From Minisyncoccota bacterium (GTDB taxonomy: Bacteria; Patescibacteriota; Minisyncoccia; Phycocordibacterales; JABAAK01), in NCBI GenBank assembly GCA_965222235.1, contig OZ244939.1, forward strand, positions 323,396 to 387,395: 64,000 nt of DNA, in the 5' to 3' direction. Positions 41,359 through 51,928 of this stretch are shown here, piece after piece. The notes beneath the pieces were generated by a model. That model was not told the DNA's origin and made no database searches. It saw only the letters and a list, made by a program, of their open reading frames with translations. How positions within the stretch are numbered: the stretch's first letter is position 1; each line of letters opens with the position of its first letter. A program made the translations under genes and the position numbers.

Positions 41359-44300
41359 TTACACTGTCTGACGATCGGCGATTATCTGATTGATTATCTC
41401 AATAAGTGCGAAAATAACCTGTTTCAGAAGCGCGATATAGTCATTGTAGAGCGAACTGTAGAGCTCGGGTGTGAGCACTCCCGTTATCGGAAGACCCTTT
41501 GACTCCTCATAGCACATAATCGCCCGGTGTGTCAGCGCACCGAAACGGTCCACTTCCTCCCCGTCTGAGCCGGCACCGTCTGTCGCAACCGGACATACTG
41601 TCTGGTTGAGCAGCTTCTGCGCCGATCGGATCTCGTCGGATGAATCGCCCAGGCGGTATGTCTGCACTATATTCCCATGAACATCGTCAATGATGGACGG
41701 CAGGGTGATATCGTTAAAAGATACCGGATTCTTCTGCTGTTCGGGAAGCAGCGAAGGCGCTTCCGTAAAAGATACCGGATCCTTCTGCTGTTCGGGAAGC
41801 AGCGAAGGCGCTTCCGTTGCAAGCACGCCGGACCATCCGCCGCCGCCGCTTCGGCCTCTTGTTTTCTTCTTTTTATTTCCTGTTCCATCGTTGCTGGTAT
41901 CGTCGGCAGTATCATCAGATCCACCGTTGTCAGTACCGGTATCGTCGGTGACAGTGTGGTCATCATTCTCGCCGTTCTGCCCGTCATTCTCCCGCTGATT
42001 GTTCAGGGGGGTTGACGGAGGCTGCGCCGATTGTTCGGGCTGGGGAGATGCAGCGACTTCAACTGTTTGCTCCGCCGTGCCGGTGTTCCCTGCCGCATCC
42101 GTCGCGGTGTAGGTGATGATGTAGGTACCGGGGATGGAAGTGTCCGCTGTGCCGGCAACTATCACGGTCTCTCCGCCGTTTGCGGTTGCAGTCAAATCAA
42201 TATCAGTAATGCTGCTTCCCTCTTCAACTTCAATAACAGCGTCACCGTTCAGCGTAACAAGCGGTGCAACCGTGTCCCTAGTGAAGGAATCTGAAGTCAC
42301 ATGGGTGTTGTTGTTCGCCTGATCTGTCGCCCGCACACATACTTTGTAGGCAGCATCTGCCACGGGAACATCAACAGTCTGAGGAATATCGGTGTTGAAG
42401 CCGGTTGTGGTGTCGTTACAGACCGCAGTATCGGCAATGAGCGCGTAGGTAAGAGTGACTGATCCGCCGTCATCTGTTGCGACCGGTTCGATGATCAGAT
42501 CAACGGATGTCTTTGTCTCCTCTGTGTTCAGGTATCCATCGGTAAGCACTGAGGTGAACGAGGGAGCGCTGACAGTCGGCGCAATGGTGTCGGCAACAGG
42601 AATTACCGTCACTGTTCTTTCCTTTGTCGCTCTGTTTCCTGCCGCGTCTGTTGCGGTGTAGGTGATGGTGTACTGACCTGCAGTGTCTGTGTCTATTGTC
42701 TCCGGTGAGGCAGTGACAGTCACTCCTGGCTCAGATGCTGCTCCCGGGTCAGTGTAGGTGTCTCCTACGGTGAGAAGGAGAGGGTTGTTACCGGTAAGGG
42801 TGATGACCGGTGCAGTAGTGTCTATCGTTATTGAACTGTCGGTTTCCTCTGATGGGTCAAATGTATTTTCCGCCATATCAGTGAAAACACCGATGTCGTA
42901 GGTGACTGCTCCATCGGGAGTATCCGTAGTTACCGTGTAGGTTGCAGTGTAGGTGTTTCCGTTTGCGCCTACTTCAGCGTCGTTACCCGCTATCTGTACC
43001 GTCGGGGCCTGGCTGAGGGTCTCTGAGACCGTGAAGGTGAGGGTGAGCCTGTCTCCTTCTTTTGCGTAGGCATTGTCGGTATTTGATGTTGCGAGTGTCG
43101 GGGTTTCCGTCAGATACGGTGCAACCATGTCACTGATGAAGGAATCTGAAGTCACATGGGTGTTGTTGTTCGCCTGATCTGTCGCCCGCACACATACTTT
43201 GTAGGCAGCATCTGCCACGGGAACATCAACAGTCTGAGGAATATCGGTGTTGAAGCCGGTTGTGGTGTCGTTACAGACCGCAGTATCGGCAATGAGCGCG
43301 TAGGTAAGAGTGACTGATCCGCCGTCATCTGTTGCGACCGGTTCGATGATCAGATCAACGGATGTCTTTGTCTCCTCTGTGTTCAGGTATCCATCGGTAA
43401 GCACTGAGGTGAACGAGGGAGCGCTGACAGTCGGCGCAATGGTGTCGGCAACAGGAATTACCGTCACTGTTCTTTCCTTTGTCGCTCTGTTTCCTGCCGC
43501 GTCTGTTGCGGTGTAGGTGATGGTGTACTGACCTGCAGTGTCTGTGTCTATTGTCTCCGGTGAGGCAGTGACAGTCACTCCTGGCTCAGATGCTGCTCCC
43601 GGGTCAGTGTAGGTGTCTCCTACGGTGAGAAGGAGAGGGTTGTTACCGGTAAGGGTGATGACCGGGGGTGTGGTGTCAACGAAGATATTAGTGTTTGTGT
43701 TCGCGCTAGGGTTAATGACATTGCCAAAGTATGAGATCTCCCCTATATCGTAGGTAACTTCTCCGTTGGGAGTATTCTCAGTCACCATGTAGGTTGCTGT
43801 ATAGATGGTTCTGCCGCTTTCGGTTACTTCACCTACTTCTACTGCAGCGTCGTTACCCGCTATCTGTACCGTCGGGATCCGGTTGGGGTCCGCCCAAAAG
43901 ACGGTGAAGGTCAGGGTCAGAGTATCTCCTTCTTTAGCCTGATGGGACACGAGATTATTTGAGGTAAATTCTATGTCTGTAAAGAACTCTATTACTGTGA
44001 CAGTTCGTTTTTCCCTTACCTGATTACCTGCCTCGTCATCCGCTACATATGAAATGGTGTATTTACCTGCGGTGTCTGTGTCAACCGTTCCTGTTGGTGT
44101 GACGGTCTCTCCTGTGTCAGCAGTTGCTCCCGGGTCAGTGTAGGTGTCTCCCACATCGAGAAAGAGGATCTTGCTACCCTTGAGTGTGATGACCGGTGCA
44201 GTTGTGTCAACGACGATACTGCTTGTTACCGGAGAGGGATTAGTGGTTCTGCCGATAATGTCTGTGAACTCTCCGATGTCGTAGATAACCGGTCCCTCGG

Positions 44301-46107
44301 GAGTATCCGAAGCCACCGTGTAGACTACGGTGTAAACTCCGTTGTCGCTTGCATCCTCAATCTCCGTGTAGGCTGCGTGCTCTGCGTGGGCTCCGCTGTT
44401 TCTTGACGATACTATTTTCTTGCCCGCTATGGTAACAGTTGGTGCCGTTACGAGTTCCGCGGAGGGGACGAAGGTCAGGGCCAGAACATCTCTTTCCTTT
44501 GCAAAAACAGGGCTGGGGTTACCTGTGGTGAGGACCTCTAAAGAGAGTGAGAGGGGCTTGGCGTATACATTTCTCAATACCGCGACTCTGTTGCCTTCGT
44601 TGCCTACCATGTTTCCCGCAACATCCCTGATCTGGAAGTCAGCTCGAACGGCCGAAATTGAAGCTCTTGAGCAGTAAGCTTCATGGTCAATGAATTGGTA
44701 GTACCGGAGATAGGGACCGACTCCTCTGAAATCGGTAGATGTGATGGTGGCGGTTACAGATGCCTCTTCCTTGGTGGTTGAAAAAGAGGCGGAATTTATT
44801 GTAAGCCTGTTGCGACCCTTCTTCATTATAAATCCTCCGGTTTCATATGTATTACCTGCCGGACAGGTAGCTATTTCTGATATAGGGGTGTTCTCGGTTC
44901 CTGCCGCATCAAACCATACAGGTTCGTCGAAAGTGATCGTTATTGTTGCCGTGTCGTCATTAATGACATATTTTGCTGAGGTGATACGCGGTGGTAAGGT
45001 GTCGTCCACCAGAAGGACCTGCACTCTGACCGTTCGTGTCGTTGTGTCGATGTTCCCTGCCGCGTCTGTCGCGGTGTAGGTAATGGTGTAGTCACCTGCA
45101 GTGTCTGTGTCAACCGTTCCTGTTGGTGTGACCTCTACTCCTTCGGTAGCAGTTGCTCCCGGGTCAGTGTAGGTGTCGCCCACAGTGAGAAGGAGAGGGT
45201 TGTCTCCGGTAAGGGTGATGACCGGTGCAGTGGTGTCTATCATTATTGAATTGTCGGTTTCCTCAAATGGGTCAGCAGTGTTGTCCGCCATATCAGTGAG
45301 GATGCCGATGTTGTATGTGACTGCTCCATCGGGAGTATCCGTAGTTACCATGTAGGTTGCGGTGTAGGTGTTTCCGTTTGGGGTTACTTCAGTGCTGTTA
45401 CCCGCTATCTGCACCGTCGGGGTCTGGCTGAGGGTCTCTGAGGTCATGAAGGTGAGGGTTAGGGTGTCTCCTGCTTTTGCGTAGGCACTGTTGGCATTTG
45501 ATGAGGTGATGTCCTGTGTGATGATGGTCGGTACAGTGGCGTCTGTGGTGGTTACCTCTGCTGCTCTACGTGTTGAGACAACCTTGCCTCTTGCCATGTT
45601 TTCCGCAACATCCCTGATCTGGAAGTCAGCTTCTTCAAGTAGGTTAAAATCTCCTGAAGAACAGTAGGCTACCTGGTTAGTGAAGGGATAGTATTCAAGT
45701 CGGGGAGAGCTGGTTCCGAAACTGGCAGCTGTGATGGTGACGGTTACGGATGCTCCTTCCTCTGTGGTTGGAAGAGAGACGGAATTTATTGCAAGCCTGC
45801 GCCCTCTCACCCTCAGTTCAAATCCTCCGGTTTCCTCTGATCTACCACCCTCCGTACAGGTAAATTCTTCTGATATAAGATTATTATCGGTTTCTGCCGC
45901 ATCAAACCATACCGGTTCGTTGAAGGTGACCGTTATTGTTTCCGTGTTATCGTCATTAGTAACATATGTGGCTGCAGTGAGATACGGTCGTGTGGTGTCA
46001 CTCGTGGCAAATATGGAGGTTGTCGTCGCTATCGTTACGGTGATACATGCAAGAATAGCCGCACCTATGTACAGCCTTGTTTTTATAGTGTTTTTTGTGT
46101 TATTCAT
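41359..46107 (-). CDS. Giant surface protein: SwmB-like and DUF5011/Ig-like repeats with C-terminal PG-binding domain
   Basis: Repeated DTTAPVITLTG.NP...TYTDPGA...G.YTITYTATDAAGN modules; N-terminal TM/signal; GAGSDGEEVDRFGALT PG-binding motif. Confidence 0.88.
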   Translation of the reverse strand: MNNTKNTIKTRLYIGAAILACITVTIATTTSIFATSDTTRPYLTAATYVTNDDNTETITVTFNEPVWFDAAETDNNLISEEFTCTEGGRSEETGGFELRVRGRRLAINSVSLPTTEEGASVTVTITAASFGTSSPRLEYYPFTNQVAYCSSGDFNLLEEADFQIRDVAENMARGKVVSTRRAAEVTTTDATVPTIITQDITSSNANSAYAKAGDTLTLTFMTSETLSQTPTVQIAGNSTEVTPNGNTYTATYMVTTDTPDGAVTYNIGILTDMADNTADPFEETDNSIMIDTTAPVITLTGDNPLLLTVGDTYTDPGATATEGVEVTPTGTVDTDTAGDYTITYTATDAAGNIDTTTRTVRVQVLLVDDTLPPRITSAKYVINDDTATITITFDEPVWFDAAGTENTPISEIATCPAGNTYETGGFIMKKGRNRLTINSASFSTTKEEASVTATITSTDFRGVGPYLRYYQFIDHEAYCSRASISAVRADFQIRDVAGNMVGNEGNRVAVLRNVYAKPLSLSLEVLTTGNPSPVFAKERDVLALTFVPSAELVTAPTVTIAGKKIVSSRNSGAHAEHAAYTEIEDASDNGVYTVVYTVASDTPEGPVIYDIGEFTDIIGRTTNPSPVTSSIVVDTTAPVITLKGSKILFLDVGDTYTDPGATADTGETVTPTGTVDTDTAGKYTISYVADDEAGNQVREKRTVTVIEFFTDIEFTSNNLVSHQAKEGDTLTLTFTVFWADPNRIPTVQIAGNDAAVEVGEVTESGRTIYTATYMVTENTPNGEVTYDIGEISYFGNVINPSANTNTNIFVDTTPPVITLTGNNPLLLTVGDTYTDPGAASEPGVTVTASPETIDTDTAGQYTITYTATDAAGNRATKERTVTVIPVADTIAPTVSAPSFTSVLTDGYLNTEETKTSVDLIIEPVATDDGGSVTLTYALIADTAVCNDTTTGFNTDIPQTVDVPVADAAYKVCVRATDQANNNTHVTSDSFISDMVAPYLTETPTLATSNTDNAYAKEGDRLTLTFTVSETLSQAPTVQIAGNDAEVGANGNTYTATYTVTTDTPDGAVTYDIGVFTDMAENTFDPSEETDSSITIDTTAPVITLTGNNPLLLTVGDTYTDPGAASEPGVTVTASPETIDTDTAGQYTITYTATDAAGNRATKERTVTVIPVADTIAPTVSAPSFTSVLTDGYLNTEETKTSVDLIIEPVATDDGGSVTLTYALIADTAVCNDTTTGFNTDIPQTVDVPVADAAYKVCVRATDQANNNTHVTSDSFTRDTVAPLVTLNGDAVIEVEEGSSITDIDLTATANGGETVIVAGTADTSIPGTYIITYTATDAAGNTGTAEQTVEVAASPQPEQSAQPPSTPLNNQRENDGQNGENDDHTVTDDTGTDNGGSDDTADDTSNDGTGNKKKKTRGRSGGGGWSGVLATEAPSLLPEQQKDPVSFTEAPSLLPEQQKNPVSFNDITLPSIIDDVHGNIVQTYRLGDSSDEIRSAQKLLNQTVCPVATDGAGSDGEEVDRFGALTHRAIMCYEESKGLPITGVLTPELYSSLYNDYIALLKQVIFALIEIINQIIADRQTV
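41715..41817 (-). repeat. 51-bp tandem repeat x2
   Basis: TEAPSLLPEQQK(D/N)PVSF twice. Confidence 0.9.
42282..43665 (-). repeat. 529-bp internal direct repeat (42282-42810 and 43137-43665)
   Basis: Identical on visual comparison at offset 855; the ORF track gives identical ORFs at 42455 and 43310. Confidence 0.9.
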
Positions 46108-46290
46108 GGTGTTTTTGTTGGTGTCATCACGGTATATTAATTGGCAGGATTGACGCTTTTTCATACACAATATATGCTAAAACCCTGTATATACAAGGTT
46201 TTCTAATGAAAATAGAGGTATGGTTTACGGTATTCAGTGTTTCTCCTGCACGTGAAAAATTGGTAATGTCACATACATTCAACTGATGCT

Positions 46291-46319
46291 ATAGTAGCAT
46301 ATATAGTATATTTTGTCAA
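46291..46319 (-). promoter_or_regulatory. Sigma70 promoter TTGACA-N17-TACTAT
   Basis: Upstream of the giant surface-protein gene, with an extended TGC. Confidence 0.65.
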
Positions 46320-46582
46320 TAAATCATCGCCTAAGTTCAAACAAATAATAGAACACTTGTCATATATACAGCAGGTAACACTGGGAAGCATTCCTGCTTC
46401 CTCTGCGGTGAATTGTGTATACCGTCAGGCAGGAGGAAGGCGGAGCATATTGTCTCTTTTTTAAAGTATTTTTAACTTCAACGCTATGCGCAAACACCAC
46501 CTGAACAACACAAAAGCGGGGATTCTGCTTCAAATAATCGGAGCTCAACCCTGAAATTGACTATGTGTTACACTGTACGGTA

Positions 46583-48655
46583 ATGTATCGGACACGCCGG
46601 GTAAGATATCACAAAATATTCCGCCATACCCCGTATTTGTACTTACTGATAGCACTGTGCATCAGTATCAGCACACCGCTTGCCGCTATTTCAGAACAGG
46701 AGATAGGTGCGAATCCGCCTATGACACTCACGGGAATATTGAGTTTAGAGAATACGAATATTGACACACTCATATATGACGCTGACACGCGTACCGGCGC
46801 CATTCTGCACGATGCTTTTTTCACTCTTAATGACACACTATATACCATCAGCCGCATAGAAGTAACGCCCGACAGATTTTCCCTGCAGATAAAACAAGAC
46901 GGTCAGGAGACGGATGAAGCAGCCGTCCTCGCCGATCGATATATTGTATTTAAAAAAGAATTCTCCGTCATAGGATACATTGACGCGAACATGGTCGCTC
47001 CGCATACTGCACATCCTGATATGGCATCAATACCGCTTGCCGCCGGGAACGGTCTGCAAAAAGACGATTTTCTCTCGGATCGCACGTTTGAAATAACAAC
47101 CGTTAAGCCGATTGTGAACAGATATCCGGAAGAACTGCAGCCGCTGCCGGATATAACGCGGCGCCTTGCGGACGGACCGATCACCCTGCACCTCACGGAA
47201 TACTACAAAGATCCGGAAGGTACGCAACTCTCATTCCGCTCGTCTCTTGACGGTCCGTGCTGTGTGGCGCACCACAGCATACAGGGAAACGTTCTCACTC
47301 TCACGCCGATTGGCGCGGGTGCAACGACAATTGAAGTGGAAGTGTACGACACCCCGGGATATTTGGAAACGGGGAGTATAGAGATTGAAATACTGCCGGG
47401 CGATTCACCGGCGGCAAAAGACAGTAATCCGCCGATTATCACAAACGAAAAAACTATTGAGGTATCCTCGGCCATAACACCCGCTGTAACAGTCACCGTT
47501 GATCATCAGGCGTATGCCGGAGAAAATTTGCAGGTCATTTTTGACGGTTCCGATGCCTGCAAACAGCTCTCCTCCGATACTGTTGAGGGCACAAGCATTG
47601 ATACAAGGCCGGCGAGAGCGATATACAGCGGGATTCTTACCGGCGGCACACAAACAACTCCCGCCGCTTACGGCTATCGGGAATCGGAACACATCGGAGA
47701 TCTCACACCGGCGACGGTTGAAATGAACGGTGTTGTGTATCGCATAACAGAACTGCTGTACGACACTAATCGGATAACACTGCGCACGGAGGAAGATGCG
47801 GAGGAGTCAGAGACAGCGGAAACCGAGACAGCAAAGAAATATCCCGCTTTATCCGATCACTATCTGATATTTAAAAATAACAATGAAACCCTGATCGGAT
47901 ATGCTGTTATAGAAACTTCTGCGGAAAACGGGGAGGCATTCAGTGTGCCGCTTGAGAGCGCGTCACCGCTGCGCAATCAACGATGGTTTGACGGCACGGC
48001 ACACACCGCCGTTGAACTCACCGCGAACAAACCCGGAGGCATGCGCGTCATTCCGCCGCAAACCTACACCGCGACAATTATCGGCCCGCCGGGAATCTAC
48101 AGCGGCTGCACTCTCACGGTGGAAAACCGTGCCGGTCATCGGGCGAAAAAGCCGGTGCCGCTCTCTACATTCACTGTTCTGCGAAGTGAAGAAGAGAAAG
48201 AAGCGGAACTGCGCCGACGGTACCCGAATGCATACGCACCGTTTGTTCCGGAACAGCAGACACCGAAAAAACAGTATTCCCTGTTCATCGCACATGAAGA
48301 GAAAGAAGACGCGAAAAAATTGCTGCTGATAGGAAAATTAGCATTGCGGTTGGCAGGTCCGGATATCAGCACCAGCAGCGTGCAAAAAGTTAATCTCGGC
48401 AGGAGATCAAACATTCCGGAAGTCCGCGACCTGCAGGTGTTCCTCAATCTCGCCGACTACACCGTGGCGCAAACCGGATGGGGATCCCGCGGCATGGAAA
48501 CAGAATATTTCGGACCGGCGACGGAAAGAGCGACAAAAGCGTTTCAAAAAGAAAATGGCATACAAGTCACCGGCGATTTAGATCAGGAAACTAAAACTAC
48601 GATACGCAATGCTGTTCTCATTAAAATAACAGAGTTTCTGAGCGACTGGCAATAA
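46583..48655 (+). CDS. Secreted protein with Ig/cadherin-like and C-terminal PG-binding domains
   Basis: TM/signal; YYKDPEGTQLSF module; LQVFLN...GWGSRGMETEYFGPAT..FQKENGI. Confidence 0.8.
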   Translation: MYRTRRVRYHKIFRHTPYLYLLIALCISISTPLAAISEQEIGANPPMTLTGILSLENTNIDTLIYDADTRTGAILHDAFFTLNDTLYTISRIEVTPDRFSLQIKQDGQETDEAAVLADRYIVFKKEFSVIGYIDANMVAPHTAHPDMASIPLAAGNGLQKDDFLSDRTFEITTVKPIVNRYPEELQPLPDITRRLADGPITLHLTEYYKDPEGTQLSFRSSLDGPCCVAHHSIQGNVLTLTPIGAGATTIEVEVYDTPGYLETGSIEIEILPGDSPAAKDSNPPIITNEKTIEVSSAITPAVTVTVDHQAYAGENLQVIFDGSDACKQLSSDTVEGTSIDTRPARAIYSGILTGGTQTTPAAYGYRESEHIGDLTPATVEMNGVVYRITELLYDTNRITLRTEEDAEESETAETETAKKYPALSDHYLIFKNNNETLIGYAVIETSAENGEAFSVPLESASPLRNQRWFDGTAHTAVELTANKPGGMRVIPPQTYTATIIGPPGIYSGCTLTVENRAGHRAKKPVPLSTFTVLRSEEEKEAELRRRYPNAYAPFVPEQQTPKKQYSLFIAHEEKEDAKKLLLIGKLALRLAGPDISTSSVQKVNLGRRSNIPEVRDLQVFLNLADYTVAQTGWGSRGMETEYFGPATERATKAFQKENGIQVTGDLDQETKTTIRNAVLIKITEFLSDWQ

Positions 48656-48662
48656 CAGATGC

Positions 48663-50201
48663 CTACTGTTTCTCATTAAGGAACGCGATATCCCGTTCAA
48701 ACTTCCGCGCGCTGGAAACAACAGCTCTGCAATAGTTCAACGCCACCCGGGAATCCCACCAACTTCCCGCATAGTAGCGCCGCGCCGCCCTGCATTCATC
48801 TGTAGCGGCGCCGAGGTGCTGCACATACAGCGCGGAAGCGAAGAATGCATCCCGCGGATTCCACGGATCAGACGGCATGTCCGATTTTGTCATCCTCCGC
48901 ACAACATCCCGCCGGCTGTCATAACGCCACGGTCCCGAATAGAAATTAAGCTGATTAATTGCGTTGCGCGTCGCCGGACCGACACTGCCGGTACCGCGGG
49001 TGTATCCGTACTGCCGCAGTATTCGTTTTGAATATTTATTCTGAAATGTAATAACCGCCTTACCGACCGCGTGTGTGTACTGATCCGTCTCATTACCGGG
49101 ACTTCCCGGACCGCTCTTTGCGACAGTAAAACCGTTTCTGTTGAGAAATTCCTGCAGCCGCCGCACATCGGAACCGTCGCTGCCGACCGACAGCCGTTTG
49201 TTCGTTCGAATAACGCCGGTAGTTGGCATGCATGTATTTGTCTTTTCGTTCAGTAAACCGCCGAGACATACCCATGTTGAAGGAATAAACTGCGCCGGAC
49301 CCATTGCGCCGCCCCAACCGAACCCGGGACTTTTGGAAACCGGCATATCTTCGGCGATGTAGCCGAGCGTTTCAATGATAAAAGGAAATACCGGAAAATC
49401 CCGCGTCGGATGCATGGGCGCCGTCAGATATGTTGCCGATCCGATATTGTGACCGAGCCGTGATTCGGTCCTGATGAGTCCGAGAAGAAACGCCGGCCGT
49501 ACGCCGGTTATCTCCGATACCTGCTCCGCATATCGCAGTGCCTGTTCAAACGAAAGTGCAACGCCGCCCCGTACGCCGAAAATCTTGTTTCGGATCGCTG
49601 CCGCCCTGTTCTCATACGAACCCGTCTGCTGCATCTCTTTTTCCGGTGAAGAAATATAGCTGAGGAGTGATCGCTTTTCTTCAATATATTCTTCAAGCTG
49701 CTCAATAAGGGCGTACTGCTGACGAACATAGCGCTCCCGCTCTCCTTTTTTATTTTCCAAAGAAACACTGTGTGCCTCAAGCCGCTCTCTCAGCGCATCT
49801 GATTCCGTCGTCTGCAATGGATGCCGCAAAACACCCGCCTCCCGTTCCGCATCCGCAATTTCACCGTTCAAATCACTTATGCTGTTGTTGTTTGAAGAAA
49901 AATTCAAAAGCAACGCCTCAATCTCCCGATCAATAAGACGGAGTGTGTGCTGCGCACGACTCCTTTCCTGCATCGCATCCGCCAAAAGCTTTTCCGCTTC
50001 CCCGATTCTTTTTTCGCAATCCTCAAGCGCCTTCTCCAAAATTTCCCTGTCAACACTAAGATTGGTAAAACAGCCTTCTCCCTCCGCATGTGCCGGCACA
50101 GTGCCCCCCGATACGGACAAAAACAGGCTTCCGAGGATGAATACATACAACCATGCCCCTTTCATTTCGCGACGCACAACACGAAAACACACAGCAATCA
50201 T
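48663..50201 (-). CDS. Lytic murein transglycosylase with coiled coil and inserted PG-binding domain
   Basis: LIRTESRLG (catalytic Glu), GGAMGPAQFIPSTW, DPWNPRDAF; PG-binding domain between the last two motifs. Confidence 0.88.
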   Translation of the reverse strand: MIAVCFRVVRREMKGAWLYVFILGSLFLSVSGGTVPAHAEGEGCFTNLSVDREILEKALEDCEKRIGEAEKLLADAMQERSRAQHTLRLIDREIEALLLNFSSNNNSISDLNGEIADAEREAGVLRHPLQTTESDALRERLEAHSVSLENKKGERERYVRQQYALIEQLEEYIEEKRSLLSYISSPEKEMQQTGSYENRAAAIRNKIFGVRGGVALSFEQALRYAEQVSEITGVRPAFLLGLIRTESRLGHNIGSATYLTAPMHPTRDFPVFPFIIETLGYIAEDMPVSKSPGFGWGGAMGPAQFIPSTWVCLGGLLNEKTNTCMPTTGVIRTNKRLSVGSDGSDVRRLQEFLNRNGFTVAKSGPGSPGNETDQYTHAVGKAVITFQNKYSKRILRQYGYTRGTGSVGPATRNAINQLNFYSGPWRYDSRRDVVRRMTKSDMPSDPWNPRDAFFASALYVQHLGAATDECRAARRYYAGSWWDSRVALNYCRAVVSSARKFERDIAFLNEKQ

Positions 50202-50450
50202 TGGCACCAGTATACCACAACCATCTTTTTGTTCCCTCATTCGCGACCGTGATCAGCGACGGCACTCGGATTGTTGAGATCAAAAGAGCCCCCCATGTCT
50301 CGCCCGTGGGTGCCGCCGCCGAACGGCAGAAAATACGTATGAGTGGTCACACCACCCTGCTACCCACAAAAAAAGCCCCGGTACTTCAGGGCTTTTTTCG
50401 GATATCTTGTGTGATATCTTGATACAAACTGATTCGGTTATTTCTCTGCC

Positions 50451-50933
50451 TTATTGATCACTGAATACACACGCTCCGGTATCCAGTTTTACAGACTCAC
50501 TCCATGTACCCAAGTCATCTCTTACTTGCACCCCTCTTGCATCCTCGTCAGTACCATTTACGCCATTGTGACGATACGGTCTGACACGGAAATAAACATC
50601 CTTGGCTTCGCCGTACGGATAGTACCAATTTCTCATTATCCAGCAGTAGTCCCAACGACTTGACCACGATGCCCGGTCGGCTCCCGCCTGTCTGGTGTAC
50701 GCCAAATCGTCATAATCATCTCCTTCAAAATAGCTAACAATACGATACCCGTCAGCTTGAGGATGCTTATCCCAACTGATAGTTAGGCCGCCGTTGTGAG
50801 TGAAGTTTGTTACCGGTGCAAGATATCCTCCGGCGAATACATGTTGCGCCAAAAACATCATACTCACAAGTGCAAAAGCGATAAGGCCGATTGTTAGTAA
50901 CAACCCCCCTGATGTATGTAATGCGTTATTCAT
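50451..50933 (-). CDS. Secreted FN3-like protein (paralog of 40449-40967)
   Basis: Signal peptide; ISWDKHPQADGYRI, CWIMRNW, FRVRP, LGTWSESVKL; terminator at ~50368-50398. Confidence 0.75.
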   Translation of the reverse strand: MNNALHTSGGLLLTIGLIAFALVSMMFLAQHVFAGGYLAPVTNFTHNGGLTISWDKHPQADGYRIVSYFEGDDYDDLAYTRQAGADRASWSSRWDYCWIMRNWYYPYGEAKDVYFRVRPYRHNGVNGTDEDARGVQVRDDLGTWSESVKLDTGACVFSDQ

Positions 50934-51176
50934 ATTTTTTAATCATTTGACTGTTGATAATTTTTACCACACGAAAAATTTTCTTCTGTTCCTGTGGTCT
51001 AATGCATAGTATGACATATATTTAGATATTCATTACCGGGTGCGGATTTAAACCACGTAGCATCTTCATTTAAAACTGTGTTCAAAACAGATATTGGAAT
51101 TTGATTTACAGAAAATGCGATACAGGTACAGGTGCGCAAACGGATATTCAGTCAGCGGCGGCGTCTCAGATCCGAA

Positions 51177-51839
51177 CTACTTCCCCAGATTAACGGACAC
51201 CCCGCCGAAATCTTCCATGATCCAGTCAAACTCCTCCCTTGAAAAGTCCGGCCACAGGGTTTTGGTAAAGTAAAGCTCCGCATACGCCGCTTCCCACAGC
51301 AGAAAATTTGACAGCCGTCTCGCGTTCCCGGTTCGGATAATCAGATGGGGGTACGGCATGCCCTTCGTGCTCAGCACATCGCGGAACATGTCCTCATCAG
51401 CCGGTTTTCCCGCGGCGATAAGTATATTGGCGGCGCGCACAATATCCCACCGCGCACCGTACGAAAAAAGAATCCACAGCCGCAGACCCCGGTTCCGGCT
51501 CGTTTTCTCCCTGATTCTCTCCAGCGTTTTCCGGGCATGCGCGGGACATCGTTCAATATCCCCGATCGGCAGCACCCGCACATCCTCCCCGACGCGCAGA
51601 TCCTCCGACAGTAACTTGAATACCGCATTGATATCATCCGAGCCCCGGTTCCAATTCTCCGTGGAAAAGGCGTAGACCGCAACATCGGTAATCCGGTGCT
51701 TCCGCGCCCAGGATACGACATCAAAGAGCTTTGCAAGTCCCTCGGCATACCCTTCCTGCAGCGACACGCCGCGCCCCTTCGCCCACCGCCGATTGCCGTC
51801 AACGATAAGACCGAGACAGAAGGTGTGTGTATGCTCCAT
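51177..51839 (-). CDS. uppS: Undecaprenyl diphosphate synthase
   Basis: DGNRRWA, YAFSTENWNR, IIRTG..RLSNFLLW..AYAEL. Confidence 0.95.
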   Translation of the reverse strand: MEHTHTFCLGLIVDGNRRWAKGRGVSLQEGYAEGLAKLFDVVSWARKHRITDVAVYAFSTENWNRGSDDINAVFKLLSEDLRVGEDVRVLPIGDIERCPAHARKTLERIREKTSRNRGLRLWILFSYGARWDIVRAANILIAAGKPADEDMFRDVLSTKGMPYPHLIIRTGNARRLSNFLLWEAAYAELYFTKTLWPDFSREEFDWIMEDFGGVSVNLGK

Positions 51840-51856
51840 ATATATAGCGTCTGCTG

Positions 51857-51928
51857 CTGCCGGACCAGGGCTCGAACCTGGATTAACGGGACCAAAACCC
51901 GTCGTCCTACCAATTAGACGATCCGGCA
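51857..51928 (-). tRNA. tRNA-Gln (TTG), CCA not encoded
   Basis: Acceptor TGCCGGA/TCCGGCA; anticodon arm ACGGG-TTTTGGT-CCCGT; T-arm CCAGG-TTCGAGC-CCTGG. Confidence 0.95.
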
